A stretch of 64,000 nt of DNA, from the NCBI GenBank assembly GCA_022605425.2, contig JAKIMF020000001.1, positions 1,736,001 through 1,800,000 on the forward strand, given 5' to 3'. How positions within the stretch are numbered: the first letter of the stretch is position 1; each line of letters opens with the position of its first letter. The translations under genes and the position numbers were made by a program. Source of the DNA: Hamiltosporidium tvaerminnensis FI-OER-3-3. Taxonomy: Eukaryota; Fungi; Microsporidia. Under the pieces are notes generated by a model, which saw only the letters and a program-made list of their open reading frames with translations, made no database searches and was not told the origin of the DNA. Shown here piece after piece: positions 38,270-49,675 of this stretch.

Positions 38270-39917
38270 CTAGCTTACCCTTCTCGCGTTGCTACGGCTA
38301 TAAATGAAAGGAAATTCAGCGATAATAATATTAATACAACATATTAAGTTCATCAATGCGATTATTATTTTATTTATTTATTCAGGCTTTTGTAGGTTAA
38401 ATTTTTGTTTTTTTGTCTGGTTTATATACGAAAAAACGGAAGAAATATCTACGCAAGAAATAGCCATATACAGTTATACATGAGGAAGGCACACTTTAAC
38501 CAAATATACGCTAAAAACACGTAGCTTTTAATGATGTGCTTTTTTTGTCCTTGCAAAGGTGAGTGGGAAAAAACTGTAAACTTTAAACTTGCATATCTGT
38601 TAGAACCATAAAATATATGCAAATCGCAAATCTCCCTTTATATTTTAAATTAAAATTGTGGCTTTTATGACATTTTTCATACAGTATTTTGCTAAAAGTC
38701 TCGTGCTGTTACAATGTGGTAGCGTAATTACATTCAAGAGAAGAATGATAGATATCTAATTTGCATTATTAAAATTTCCGCTAGAATATCTTTTAAACAT
38801 TGAATTATATAATTTCGTTGTTTAATTATTTACTCCGTCTTATTCAGCATGATATTGTCGAAATTATATGTTGTTGCTTCGCCTGATATTAACTTTATAG
38901 TTTTTAATTTCTGGAACTCACACGTTGCTGGTAGCGGTTAAAATAACAAGTGCTTTCATCTACCGATAATTTTTGTGACTTATAGTGATGATTAGGAAAA
39001 GAAAATTCGTCTTTTGTAAATGTAATCTTACAAATGCTTGCTGATGATTTGATACATTGTATAAATGCAATTTATTTCTATCCTCCAATTTTCAATATCG
39101 AGCAATCGTCTTCGAAACGTTTGGCATATCAATCGTTTTGTTGTTGAACACGTATTTGGTTTTCAAAGTCAATTTTTATTCATTTACTCAAAAAGGATAT
39201 ATATAATTATGCTTTTTAGTATATGAGTCGGTTTTGGAGAAAAGATCGCTAGAATAGTTTGACGAAAATCTTCATATGGTATACGTAGACACTCACTAAA
39301 AGACCTTACATTTCTTATCAGATCTTAAATTGTAGGGACATAGGCTTCTAGAATGCTTTGATCTTCATCTTACATTCGTAGCATAGATTACGTTTAGGTG
39401 TTCTAAAAACCTTACCGATTCCGGCAATTTTAGTAGAATTCCATATCAGTGTTTCTCTGGTTATAGAATTTAATTGAAATTTGTTGACAAAATGAGTCTT
39501 ACGACCATTATATAAAATCATTTATGTAGTTTTAAAAAATTAAAGAAAAGAGACAACAACCTCTTTGATTTTTTCTAAGATATTAATTCGCAACCTATAC
39601 ACCCTATATTAACAACTTTTAATCAAAATCTAACTTTAATACCCAACCCTTGAATTATCAAATTCTTATTAACTCCACTGAACTACTACGCAATATATTA
39701 AGACCATTTGAATTCACTCACTATCAATAAATCTTTCAATAAAATCCACAATAATCCTCTTCTAAATATACCTTTTTTATTGAAAGCATACCTCTTTTAT
39801 TGAAAAGCATACCTCAATTTTTAAAAATTGCCCTTATATAAATATTAACACCTTTAGTTTACCCTCGTTAAACACACACATGCACGGATATACACATACA
39901 GTCATTTTTATGTGAGA
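38270..39917 (-). mobile_element. Decayed, internally deleted Helitron (PIF1-like helicase remnant with 3' CTAG terminus)
   Basis: Minus-strand 3' end CCGTAGCAACGCGAGAAGGGTAAGCTAG|T. Helicase remnants EDFRQTI, RVQQQND, CNSTRL, LQFFPLTFA, LYMAISCV and KPDKKTK. Putative 5' end TCTCACATAAAAATGACTGTATGTG near 39917 (less certain). Confidence 0.85.
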
Positions 39918-40983
39918 ATCCAAAGAGAAAAGTATAGCGTACGACAATAATTTTCGCATCCATAACTCACTTTATCCATTATTTAGCAAAAAAAATAATA
40001 TTAAAATGAGCTATGCGTCACGACAGCAATTTAAAAAATTTATAGAAGCTTAAAAAATATTTTTTTAAATTCAAGAATTGGCAGGAAAACATATTAGGCA
40101 GATAAAAAACTTTTCAAACCATTTTGCTGCAACATAAAGCAACTCGACATTGTCTGTAAGCACTGGGCCAGTACAAAGGAATGAGATGAATTCAATACAG
40201 TTATAGACTCGATACAACGCTGGATTTTTTCAAAATGAAATGAGATCCTAATGTTCATTGTAACGAAATCGCGTTTTTACTTAAGATATTGTCATTTTTG
40301 AAAAAGCTTTTATCAAACAAAAATACAAAGAAGGCATCATTACCAAGTTTTGGGCTATTATTGCCATGCTTGATCTTCTTGGTTGGTATTCTTTCACCTT
40401 AAACTAAATAATGACCAGTTTTGTGTTCGAAAATGTTTCACAGAAGTATGAAAATAAATTAAAATCATTAAAGAGTTCGTTTTTTCTTGTAAATATTCAT
40501 CCTTGCTGTTAATTTTGCGTTGGAATTAATTTTACCTTATTTTATGTTATTTAAGTAAGTTATCATGAAAAATCACTATATACTTCTTACTATTATTTTC
40601 TATTTTTTGTTACATTTAAATTGGAAAAAATATGTTAATACAAAAAAGAACACCGAAATATTTAATTGATATTAATTTAAAACGAATGCGTCTTTTTACC
40701 AAAAAATTATTCTAAATTTTTTGCTCTGTTTATGCCATCTTTTTTTACGAATTTTCGGAAGTAAGAGACGATCTGAAACTACATAAATAGCTTTAAGGTA
40801 TATCTTTTGTGATGTTTTCGTGTTTCATTTTGATTAATATGCAATAAAACACCCTATAGTAACTAATAATAAAATAGTAAGTTATGGATACGACAGCAAT
40901 TAACTACATTAACCATTTCTGGAGATGATTACCATAAATGATTAAATTAAAAAAAAATAATATATATTATAACTCGCTTCGAC

Positions 40984-42936
40984 ATGGATATGTTGTTTTA
41001 TTTTATTCTTTTATTTCAGATACATGATGGAACATTGAGTAGTCGAACACAAGCATGTGAATTTCATGATGATCGAATAATTTTTAAAGATGGTTACTAT
41101 GAATATGATACATCTAGAATAAATCCCAAGAAGAAACTTAGAGAATTGGATAGTATTGTTCATTTATTCGAAAAAGCATTCAAATTTAATGAAAATAACG
41201 TATTTGGAATAATTGTTGACGAAAAGATCAACTGGTATTCTGCAAATGTATTGTTTTGGAAGGTTAACGATATTTCATTGTTTCTATCTAAAAAAACAGA
41301 TTACGAAAGTAGAATCGTAGGAATATATTCAGAAAATAGATATGAGTGGCTATTGATAGAACAAGCCGTGTATAGATCGAATAAGATATTTTGCCCAATC
41401 TATACCAAGTTCAATAGAGAAGCTATTCATCATGTTTTGAATGAAACAGATATGAAAGTATGTTTTATTTCAAAATCCCAGGCAAAAAGATTTTATGATG
41501 ATATTCTTTCTTTATACGAGATAAAGCTTGAGCATGTAATATTTTTAGATAGGATAGATGATGATCTAGCAAAAAAAATTAGATTGAAAAATATAAAAAT
41601 CGATTATCTCGATGATATACAAAGGATTGAGCTGCCTATCAATATATCAAGGTGCTTCCCTACTTTGGAAGATATAGCTATGTATTGTTATACAAGTGGA
41701 ACTTCTGGTTTTCCAAAAGGAGTGAAACAAACACATAAGAATATTTTAAAAAACATAGAAAGCTACGTTTACGCAACAAACGATAATATGATTTATAAAT
41801 TTCATGAATATACCATTTATCTGTCTTATTTACCTCTAGCTCATGTTATGGAACATATGATTTGTTATTATTTAATGATTTCAAACTCAAAAATTGTTTT
41901 TATTGATTATGATTATTATGATTTACATACTGCTCTTCGAATTGTTCAACCAACTGTTTTTGTTGCAGTTCCGCGTGTTTTAGAAAAAATTTATAATCGA
42001 ATTAATCAGGAATTGAATAGTAAAAATGCAATCACTCGTCACATATTTAGAAAATGTTTAAATGTGAAAATAAATAACCAACAAAGAAAAATTTATAAGC
42101 ATTCAATATATGATTACTTTATTTTTAGAGAGATAAAAATGATTTTTGGTGGTAGAATTGAAAGTATTATGTGTGGATCAGCTCCACTTAGAAAAGATAT
42201 ATCAATGTTTTTACAGGCTATATTTAGTATACCTATAATTGAAGGGTATGGTCTAACCGAATCTACGGGTGTTTGTATTATGTCGCCAATAAATAATCCT
42301 AGGTTAGGAACAATTGGAGTTCCTCTTCCCGGAACAAAAATCAAACTTTTACCGACAGATGATCACGATGGATTTAAGAGTGGAGAACTTTCACTTAAAG
42401 CAGATTTTATATCAATAGGTTATTTTAAAAATGAGTCTTTAGATGCTGAACTCTTTTCCCCCGATTCCTGGTTTGCAACAGGGGATATCGCAACCGTTTA
42501 CGGTAGTTATTTTCAAATTATTGGAAGAGTGAAAGAAATGTTTAAGAATTCGCTGGGTGAATACATCACTCCCGAATTTATTGAAAAAAATTTAAAGATA
42601 CCGATAATTGATGATATTCTTATAACCGGTAAAAATACATATAGTTACATAATTGCTTTGGTCGTCTGCTTAAAACATGAAATAACTCCCGAATATATTT
42701 ATAATGAAATTCGAGAAAAAGGAGAAGAAATGAAAAAGAGAAATATCCTTTTCGAATTCCAAATACCTAAAAAGATTTATGTATTAAGAAACACATTTGA
42801 ATCATTTAGGGATTTTATTACACCAACAGTGAAGAAAAGAAGAATCATTATAGAAAAATATTTTGCACAACAGATTGATCGGATATATAATCAAGATATT
42901 TTGTATGATGGAGCAACGATTCCAGTAAACGTTTAA
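40984..42936 (+). CDS. Long-chain acyl-CoA synthetase paralogue 2, divergent, with N-terminal signal-peptide-like extension
   Basis: YTSGTSGFPKG, SYLPLAH, EGYGLTE, WFATGDI, IIGRVKE, TPTVKKRR. The N-terminus MDMLFYFILLFQIHDGTLS is absent from the other two paralogues. Confidence 0.94.
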   Translation: MDMLFYFILLFQIHDGTLSSRTQACEFHDDRIIFKDGYYEYDTSRINPKKKLRELDSIVHLFEKAFKFNENNVFGIIVDEKINWYSANVLFWKVNDISLFLSKKTDYESRIVGIYSENRYEWLLIEQAVYRSNKIFCPIYTKFNREAIHHVLNETDMKVCFISKSQAKRFYDDILSLYEIKLEHVIFLDRIDDDLAKKIRLKNIKIDYLDDIQRIELPINISRCFPTLEDIAMYCYTSGTSGFPKGVKQTHKNILKNIESYVYATNDNMIYKFHEYTIYLSYLPLAHVMEHMICYYLMISNSKIVFIDYDYYDLHTALRIVQPTVFVAVPRVLEKIYNRINQELNSKNAITRHIFRKCLNVKINNQQRKIYKHSIYDYFIFREIKMIFGGRIESIMCGSAPLRKDISMFLQAIFSIPIIEGYGLTESTGVCIMSPINNPRLGTIGVPLPGTKIKLLPTDDHDGFKSGELSLKADFISIGYFKNESLDAELFSPDSWFATGDIATVYGSYFQIIGRVKEMFKNSLGEYITPEFIEKNLKIPIIDDILITGKNTYSYIIALVVCLKHEITPEYIYNEIREKGEEMKKRNILFEFQIPKKIYVLRNTFESFRDFITPTVKKRRIIIEKYFAQQIDRIYNQDILYDGATIPVNV

Positions 42937-44235
42937 ACAACTTAACCTTTGATGGATTTTGCAATAAAGATTTTTTAATTTTTCTTCTTTTTATTTCTAT
43001 GATAACATATATAATCTTTATAAATTTTGAAAAATCTTAATATTTATACTAAAACCGATAAACAAATATGCAGTTTAACAATTGAATAATTTCCTTGATT
43101 TCAGATATATGATATATGATATATTCATCACAATTCGTATTTAATTCAAACTCGTTTACAGTGTATTTATAACTATATAATTTTTTTTTAGCTCCAAATA
43201 AAGTGTAAAAATATTTTGAGAGAAACTAGATGCTTCTTCAGACCGATGCAATAAATATATTTGAAAATTAAAGTCGAAACAAGAATTGTTTTTCGATTTC
43301 CTAATCAAAATATTAAGAACTGAAAACATAGCTGAAATGAATATATTAGTCAAGAATCAAAAGATAATACCTCATTAGAATATAAAATTAGTGTCAAAAT
43401 TTGTTTCCTTAATAAAAAATATTAATCACTAATAAAGTAAAATTTTGGTGTTGTAAGAATCACCTCTAACAGAAAAAAAGGGTCTAGAGTATATATTAGA
43501 TAGATTTTAACAGAGAAAAATAAAATTATAAAAAAATACTAAAGAAGAATTAGACAATGTCTGGCCATATAATACTTAGTATTTTTCTCAACCAATTAAC
43601 AATGAGAAAATAAAATAGCAATGTAATCAGGTATAATAGATAATATAAATGAAACCATATGCAAATATAGAAATATATTTGGCCTGAAATATAAAAAACC
43701 AATAATTTGTGAAGATAAAAAAATTTAGATGAATAAAACAGTGCGAAAAATTGCAGTGGAGAACAAAAGAGAATCATAAAATCTAAGCAATTAAAAATCA
43801 AAAAATCAAAAATGTGTTGATATATAAATTCAAATTCTATAACTTGAACAATTGACATGAGCAAATAATAAAAAAATAAATTAGCAAAATACAGATATTT
43901 TAAATGTGAAATAGTTGTTAAAGCATATGTAGTATTTTACATGAAATATCTTAAATATATTATAATTCCATCAAAATCATATTATAAAAAATTTTAATTT
44001 TAACACCATTTAGTGAAAAAGCAGATGTATGAATTTCAATTATACTTGTATATAATTGTTATAAAATATATTTCGAATGAATTTATTAAAAAAATATCAA
44101 ATTTTTCGAGTTATTCAGGTAGAATTTTTTATTTATTGCAGATTCTTTGCAGAAAATCAAGAAAAAATATTTTACAAATTCCAAACAAGCTTTTAATGGT
44201 ATAAAAAAATTAAAAATTGACTTTAAATTTAAACA

Positions 44236-45597
44236 TTAAGATTTTTCTTCCTTTCGTTTTAGCATTTCAAGTTGAAGATTAAACATATTTTTTTCTAACA
44301 AAAAAATTTCATGAATTCTGCCAGAGGTATTTTGATTCATCATAGATCCAACCATTTTTTCTAATATGGCGATTCTATTTAACAATAGTTCATTTTCGCT
44401 TTTCAAAATCATAGTTTCCCTTTGAAATTCTATTTTGGTATTATCTAAAGAACTATTCAAAGAATTTTTCTGTAAAGAATTTAGACCATTTTTATTAAAT
44501 TTTTGGTTCTTTGTTCCATATTGAAGCAGTTTCGATGTACTTTTCAAATCAATGTTTTCTTCATTTCTATTTTTTACTGATTTCTCTAAATCCATCTCAT
44601 CCTTACTTTCTTCATACATTTCTATTTTACATCTTTCACATATATTTCTGTGTTGAATAGTATTTTCTGTTACTGTAATCATTCTGTTTTGTTTATATTT
44701 TAACTCTACTTTACTTATTCTTGCTGCAAAATTTAATGTACTTAAAGATTCTTCTAAATTTTTATTGTTTGGTGATATCATACACAATGACAAAACGTTT
44801 GAAGTTCCATCTAATGAAGGTTGTAACAAACGTGTCAGTTTCGAATCTCTAAAATTTACATATGCAGATTTTGTTAAACTATTTACAACAGTGCCCAAAG
44901 CCAACAAACTTTTATTTATATATGAGCCCTCTTTTCTTCTTTCTAATGTTCCGGCAGCTTTTTCACTTCCGGCAAGATCAATAAGATTTAATTTAACTGA
45001 AACGTGTGGCAGATCTAAATGAATCTGAAATATTGTATGAGATCTGCTACTCCGTAAATTATATTCGGTGGCGGATACTCTACGTTTCTTTTCACTTAAA
45101 TCTAATATAGATATTATTTGTGAGGTACTTTCAACTTCTATTTTTGATAAATTAGCTATTTTTAATTCGTTTTCTACGTTATATAATTTAATTTCTTTAT
45201 TATTTTGTAAAAGGTCATAAACTTTTTCATTATATATTTCAATATACGAAGCTTTTAATTGTTTTGAGGTTGTTTTCTGTATTAAATATACTAAAGATAG
45301 TTTTATAAGCCCATTTTCAATTTCAGTTCCTAGCATTGTATGCGTCTTACCAGAACCAGTTTGTCCATAAGCAAACACAGTACAATTTATCCCGGAAAGA
45401 AATTCATCTAACAGCTCTATCAAACATTCATCAAAGATGTTTAAATTCGTATGCCGAAAAAACAGACCCTGGAAGCAATCAAAAGCCAATCTTTTATTAC
45501 AATCTATTTTTTGGTACAGAATGGTATTGTTAATTTCCCATACAGAATCATCGTAAGTATTTCTTATACGAATACAAACTTTAATTTTTTTTGGCAT
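44236..45597 (-). CDS. N-terminal-motor kinesin (kinesin-7/CENP-E/Kip2-like)
   Basis: IKVCIRIR, P-loop GQTGSGKT, SYIEIYNE, NLRSSRSH, LIDLAGSE, RDSKLTRLLQ, and a C-terminal coiled coil. The subfamily call is tentative. Confidence 0.92.
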   Translation of the reverse strand: MPKKIKVCIRIRNTYDDSVWEINNTILYQKIDCNKRLAFDCFQGLFFRHTNLNIFDECLIELLDEFLSGINCTVFAYGQTGSGKTHTMLGTEIENGLIKLSLVYLIQKTTSKQLKASYIEIYNEKVYDLLQNNKEIKLYNVENELKIANLSKIEVESTSQIISILDLSEKKRRVSATEYNLRSSRSHTIFQIHLDLPHVSVKLNLIDLAGSEKAAGTLERRKEGSYINKSLLALGTVVNSLTKSAYVNFRDSKLTRLLQPSLDGTSNVLSLCMISPNNKNLEESLSTLNFAARISKVELKYKQNRMITVTENTIQHRNICERCKIEMYEESKDEMDLEKSVKNRNEENIDLKSTSKLLQYGTKNQKFNKNGLNSLQKNSLNSSLDNTKIEFQRETMILKSENELLLNRIAILEKMVGSMMNQNTSGRIHEIFLLEKNMFNLQLEMLKRKEEKS

Positions 45598-46323
45598 GTC
45601 AGAAAAGAAGCACTAAATGTTGTATATTCATACCAGAGACACGTTTCAGATTTTTTATAATTTTGATACAAACTATGTGATAAACATTTCAAATTTTAAT
45701 TTATAAAACTATGATTTAATTCATTCAAATTCTTTTTTCAAACTATTTAGTTTCAGCTCAAAAATAAATTTTTGTACTTTTTTAGTTATTTCTCGAATAT
45801 CTTACGATAATTTAAATATTAGTTCTATCTAAAAAGAATTTTTATGTCTTAGTTATATCGTGAAAATTCGTCTGGGTTTGGCTTTCAATTAAAACAAAAG
45901 ATAAAAAAAATTTTAAAAAAAACTTCAAATTTATATTCAAAAATATTTCGATGCAATTTTGCCTCGAAATAATTAACCTACAATATTAAGCTATCATTGA
46001 TTAAGATAAAAAATATGCAAATAAAAAGAATGTTATGATAAAAATATCTTATACAATTTACAATGTATTAAAAACAATTTTTAATTATTTTAGAAAATAT
46101 ATTTGTAAAAATTACCATTTTTTTTCTCCAAGTAAAGTAAATATGGCACTCTCTAATATTTAGAAGCTAGAAACCAAATCAATAAATCTAATTATTATCT
46201 TCAAAGTACACAGAAGAAACAGAACACGAATTTTAAAAAAAGGCAATTTCTAACTTGTTTAAAGTAAATTTGAAGTATTTTTTGTGGATATAAAATATGT
46301 GCTTTTAAAAAATTTACAAAAAA

Positions 46324-47445
46324 CTAAGAATCTGTATTTTTATAATTATGAATCCATTTTACATAATAAACTTCATATTTTGAATCAAAATAATCGATAT
46401 TAATTAGATCAATCAGACATGGACAAATATTACAAATATAACTAACCATCAATGCCTTATTAATATCTTGTATGTCAGTTGTATAAAGCAAACTCGTGAA
46501 TCGATCTATTCTATATTTTGCATGGTCTTTAAATCTGTCATCTAATATATCTCCAATATTTATAATTTCAAGATCAGAATTTTTTTTCATAAATCCATAT
46601 GAATTAAGAATTTCTAAATCCCTGAGAGGAAAATTAAACTTCGAAGAGGCTTGTTTTAGAATTAAATTTAATTTCTTCTTAAAAATAAAAAAATTCATAT
46701 CTTTAATTTCAAATGTACGACATATATCATTTCTTAAAAAACTCAACGTAAAACTGTTGTATTTATATTGATTTTTTTCAAAAGAATATTCCGCTACAAC
46801 TGTATCCGCCATTTTTAAAATTATACTTTCATTTAAAATATTAATATAAGAATCCACTGTACCGAAAATATCATCTTTTTTTAATGAAGATTTTTTTTGG
46901 AACAAATTTTTACCCTTTGATGATAAATATTGAACCAAATTTTTAAAAAGTTCATTTTCATTAAATTTTCCTTTATTTTTTTCTATTTTATTTTTAAATT
47001 TCTCTATAATTTCCAACAAAAGGTTATGAAAACAAAAAAGTGCTTTTAAATACTCATTTATATCCTTTTTATTTTCATTATAAATATTTTCACGATTAGA
47101 AACACAAAAAATATTTTTGTTAAAATTGCTTGCAAAAATATTGTAGATATTATCAGAAATAGTCAATATTTTATGTATGCATAATAAATATATACCAATA
47201 CCTTTCCATTTATTGTTAAAATTTAATGATTCATAATCTTGTAATCCTATTTTTATGTATTTAAGATTTTTTGTTATGGATTCTTCTATGAAAAATTCTA
47301 TATCAGTTTTCTTTTTTTGTAGTAAAGAGTGTATTTCTTTTAACTCTTCAATTTTCATAAAACTTGTTGCAAAGGGTAGGAACAGAATAAAATGTTTTGG
47401 GAATAATTTTTTTAAATGATCCTGGATGAATGAAGATATCTGCAC
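46324..47445 (-). CDS. Hypothetical lineage-specific protein, probably 5'-disrupted
   Basis: 373-codon ORF in very AT-rich DNA, starting at GTG with no recognisable motif. A second stop-free frame (47348-47677) overlaps its 5' end. Confidence 0.6.
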   Translation of the reverse strand: MQISSFIQDHLKKLFPKHFILFLPFATSFMKIEELKEIHSLLQKKKTDIEFFIEESITKNLKYIKIGLQDYESLNFNNKWKGIGIYLLCIHKILTISDNIYNIFASNFNKNIFCVSNRENIYNENKKDINEYLKALFCFHNLLLEIIEKFKNKIEKNKGKFNENELFKNLVQYLSSKGKNLFQKKSSLKKDDIFGTVDSYINILNESIILKMADTVVAEYSFEKNQYKYNSFTLSFLRNDICRTFEIKDMNFFIFKKKLNLILKQASSKFNFPLRDLEILNSYGFMKKNSDLEIINIGDILDDRFKDHAKYRIDRFTSLLYTTDIQDINKALMVSYICNICPCLIDLINIDYFDSKYEVYYVKWIHNYKNTDS

Positions 47446-47667
47446 TGAAACCTATCTGCTCGATAAACTCAAGCGAAATTGGTGTAAAAATCATTTTTTT
47501 GGATTTTACATGAGATGAAAAACAATCTAAATTTTCAGGTGTTTCATGGGAATTCGTATAAAGCAGAGAGAGTTGTAATTTAAGAAAATAATTCTTTAAA
47601 CGAAATGTAGTTTTTATGATAAGTGGATTATAAGTAGTGATTTGATTTATAAGTAATTGACAATAAA

Positions 47668-48116
47668 AAATGGAAGCCTAGCCTCTCTCGCTTGGGTTAG
47701 AAGACTAAGCGCCTGCGAGATACAAAAAAAAAGATACATTGAAAATCCAGAAAGTTTAACTGGCAGGTTATACATGTTGGTATGTCATGCAAATTTTAAG
47801 TGGTCTCATATATGTCATTGAGATATATCTTATCCTAAAGTTTGTAGGTTAAGAAAGTGTAGAGTAAGTGGTGATGCTGCTAGTGCTGGGTCTGCTCAAA
47901 TTTATTTTACTTACGATCTCAAACCAGGTAACGAATATTAACGAATTGTGGGCAAGTTTCTCGCCTATTGAATAGGCGTCATATATCTTTATGACACAAA
48001 GCTTGGGGTGATGGTATCTAAGGAAACCCATTGAGTGTTAGAGGTAGATGTTCAATAATTTAAAATAAGCCAAAAATTGCGTAAATGAAACAGAAACAAT
48101 ATATCCCATGCTACTT
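47668..48116 (-). repeat. Unclassified ~440-bp dispersed repeat, copy D
   Basis: The reverse complement aligns with copies B and C (ATAGGCG, GTTACCTG, GTATAACCTGC, GTATCTCGCAGGCGCTTAGTCTTC, GCTAGGCTTCCAT). Confidence 0.8.
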
Positions 48117-48664
48117 CTTTAGTTTATATGAGTATTCTTAAATTAATATTAAGTGAACGAACACTCAAAACATGGAACACAAAGTCTCGTACAATATTAA
48201 AAATTCAAAACATAGTATAAATATATTTATATGAAAATAAAACGGCAAAAATTGATTTTTAAAAAGGTGTGCTGAACTTTGCAAAATTAACAAATCAATC
48301 ATAAATGATATTTAAAATTTAATTCAATATAAAATAATTTTAGATCAAAATTGTATTCGTTTTTTATACAATCGAAAAATCGAATGATAGGTTAATATAG
48401 GAATTATTTCTATTTTTTTATTGTTTATGTATAAGTACTGAATTTTATTTCAATAATGATATTTGAATTATAATCGGTTGCAGCGAAATAAAAAAATATA
48501 ATTAAGAAAATTTCGAGATAGACAATACTAATATGATCCTCTTACACTAGTAATTAGATTTTTAAAGGGAAACCGTAGGTTGGAAGAATAAATCAATAAA
48601 AACACCAAAAAGAGTTTCTACTTGCGAAAATATTTTTTAAAAAAATGTAATAACTAAAACTACA

Positions 48665-49675
48665 TTTAAAGTTATATAGACAACGAAACATGAGCTTGTA
48701 GATGTTATTGCTCTTTCAAGATGGCTAGAACATGGGATTATTAGGTCACGAGATGAAGCAGTTTTCTGCTATGTTATAGATATAAAATCTATTTTAGTAG
48801 AAGAAAAAATTGTTGACACTGCATTCGGCTTGGCAAACAGTAGATAGTTTTGCGATTTGGAATGAGAGAATGCTTAGAGATGACTATAACGGACGGCAAA
48901 ATGAATTGGTTTGATGGCAGCCTTTACTTATTCAAAATAGATCATATGTTAAGTCTAAAAAAGGAATTTTGAGTCACTTAGTTTAGGAAATTCTTAAAAA
49001 AGAGCATGCGGAGACAATATTAGATACCAGAATAAAATCTGATGTCAAAATTCGAAAATATAGACCCAATATATTAATTTAAGAGAAGATTAAAAACAAG
49101 ATAACGCTCATTGAGGTAAGAATTGCTTTACATAGATTCAATTCAAAAGGTGAAAACATAAAAACTTAGGAAGTAAGACATGTTAGATTTAGAGTTGGAT
49201 TCTATTTATAAGTGTGGTGCTGAGATAATCTCTTATGTGATATCTGGCATGGTATCGTGACAAAATATCATATTCCGTACCTCAAAAGACTTATATACCT
49301 ACGAAAGAAGAGGAATAAATTCAGACGATATTTCTTAAGCATACAGTCGAAGACATTTACTTTGATCTACGAAAAGGATTTGAGTCGAAATAAAATGCCG
49401 AAGAGATCCGAGAACTATTTTTATGAATGTTATTAAAAGCGCCGAAATGTATAAGGAATCATAACTTCTTTTAAAATAGGCGAGTAGCGGATAAAATGGT
49501 GTTAAAATGTAAAACAAAAAAAAATTAATCTTTATTTTAGAAGGTGGAACTATAGTGGAGGAACCAAAAAAAGCTTAAATAAAATATCGATTATTCAAGA
49601 AGACTAAATCTTTAAAATTTTTGTAGAAATTATTTAACAGTGAAAAATTTTATTAACCCAGAATTTAAATAAATA
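48665..49675 (+). mobile_element. 5'-truncated, decayed R4/Dong-like non-LTR retrotransposon
   Basis: SRWLEHGIIRSRDEAVFCY, LDTRIKSDVKIRKYRPNI and KNKITLIEV. 3' end TTAACCCAGAATTTAAATAAA. Confidence 0.88.

Noticed and set aside
40196-40221. TACAGTTATAGACTCGATACAACG resembling a pogo/Tigger TIR
   Set aside because: No matching inverted end or transposase remnant was found.
43156-44204. ORFs 43156-43353, 43550-43864 and 44013-44204
   Set aside because: Non-ATG starts and F/I/L/Y-rich composition typical of random AT-rich sequence.
47668-47715. Resemblance of the repeat end (ATGGAAGCCTAGCCTCTCTCGCTTGGG) to the HDV ribozyme P2-P3-L3
   Set aside because: P3, P1 and the catalytic J4/2 strand cannot be formed, and the other copies do not keep the pattern.
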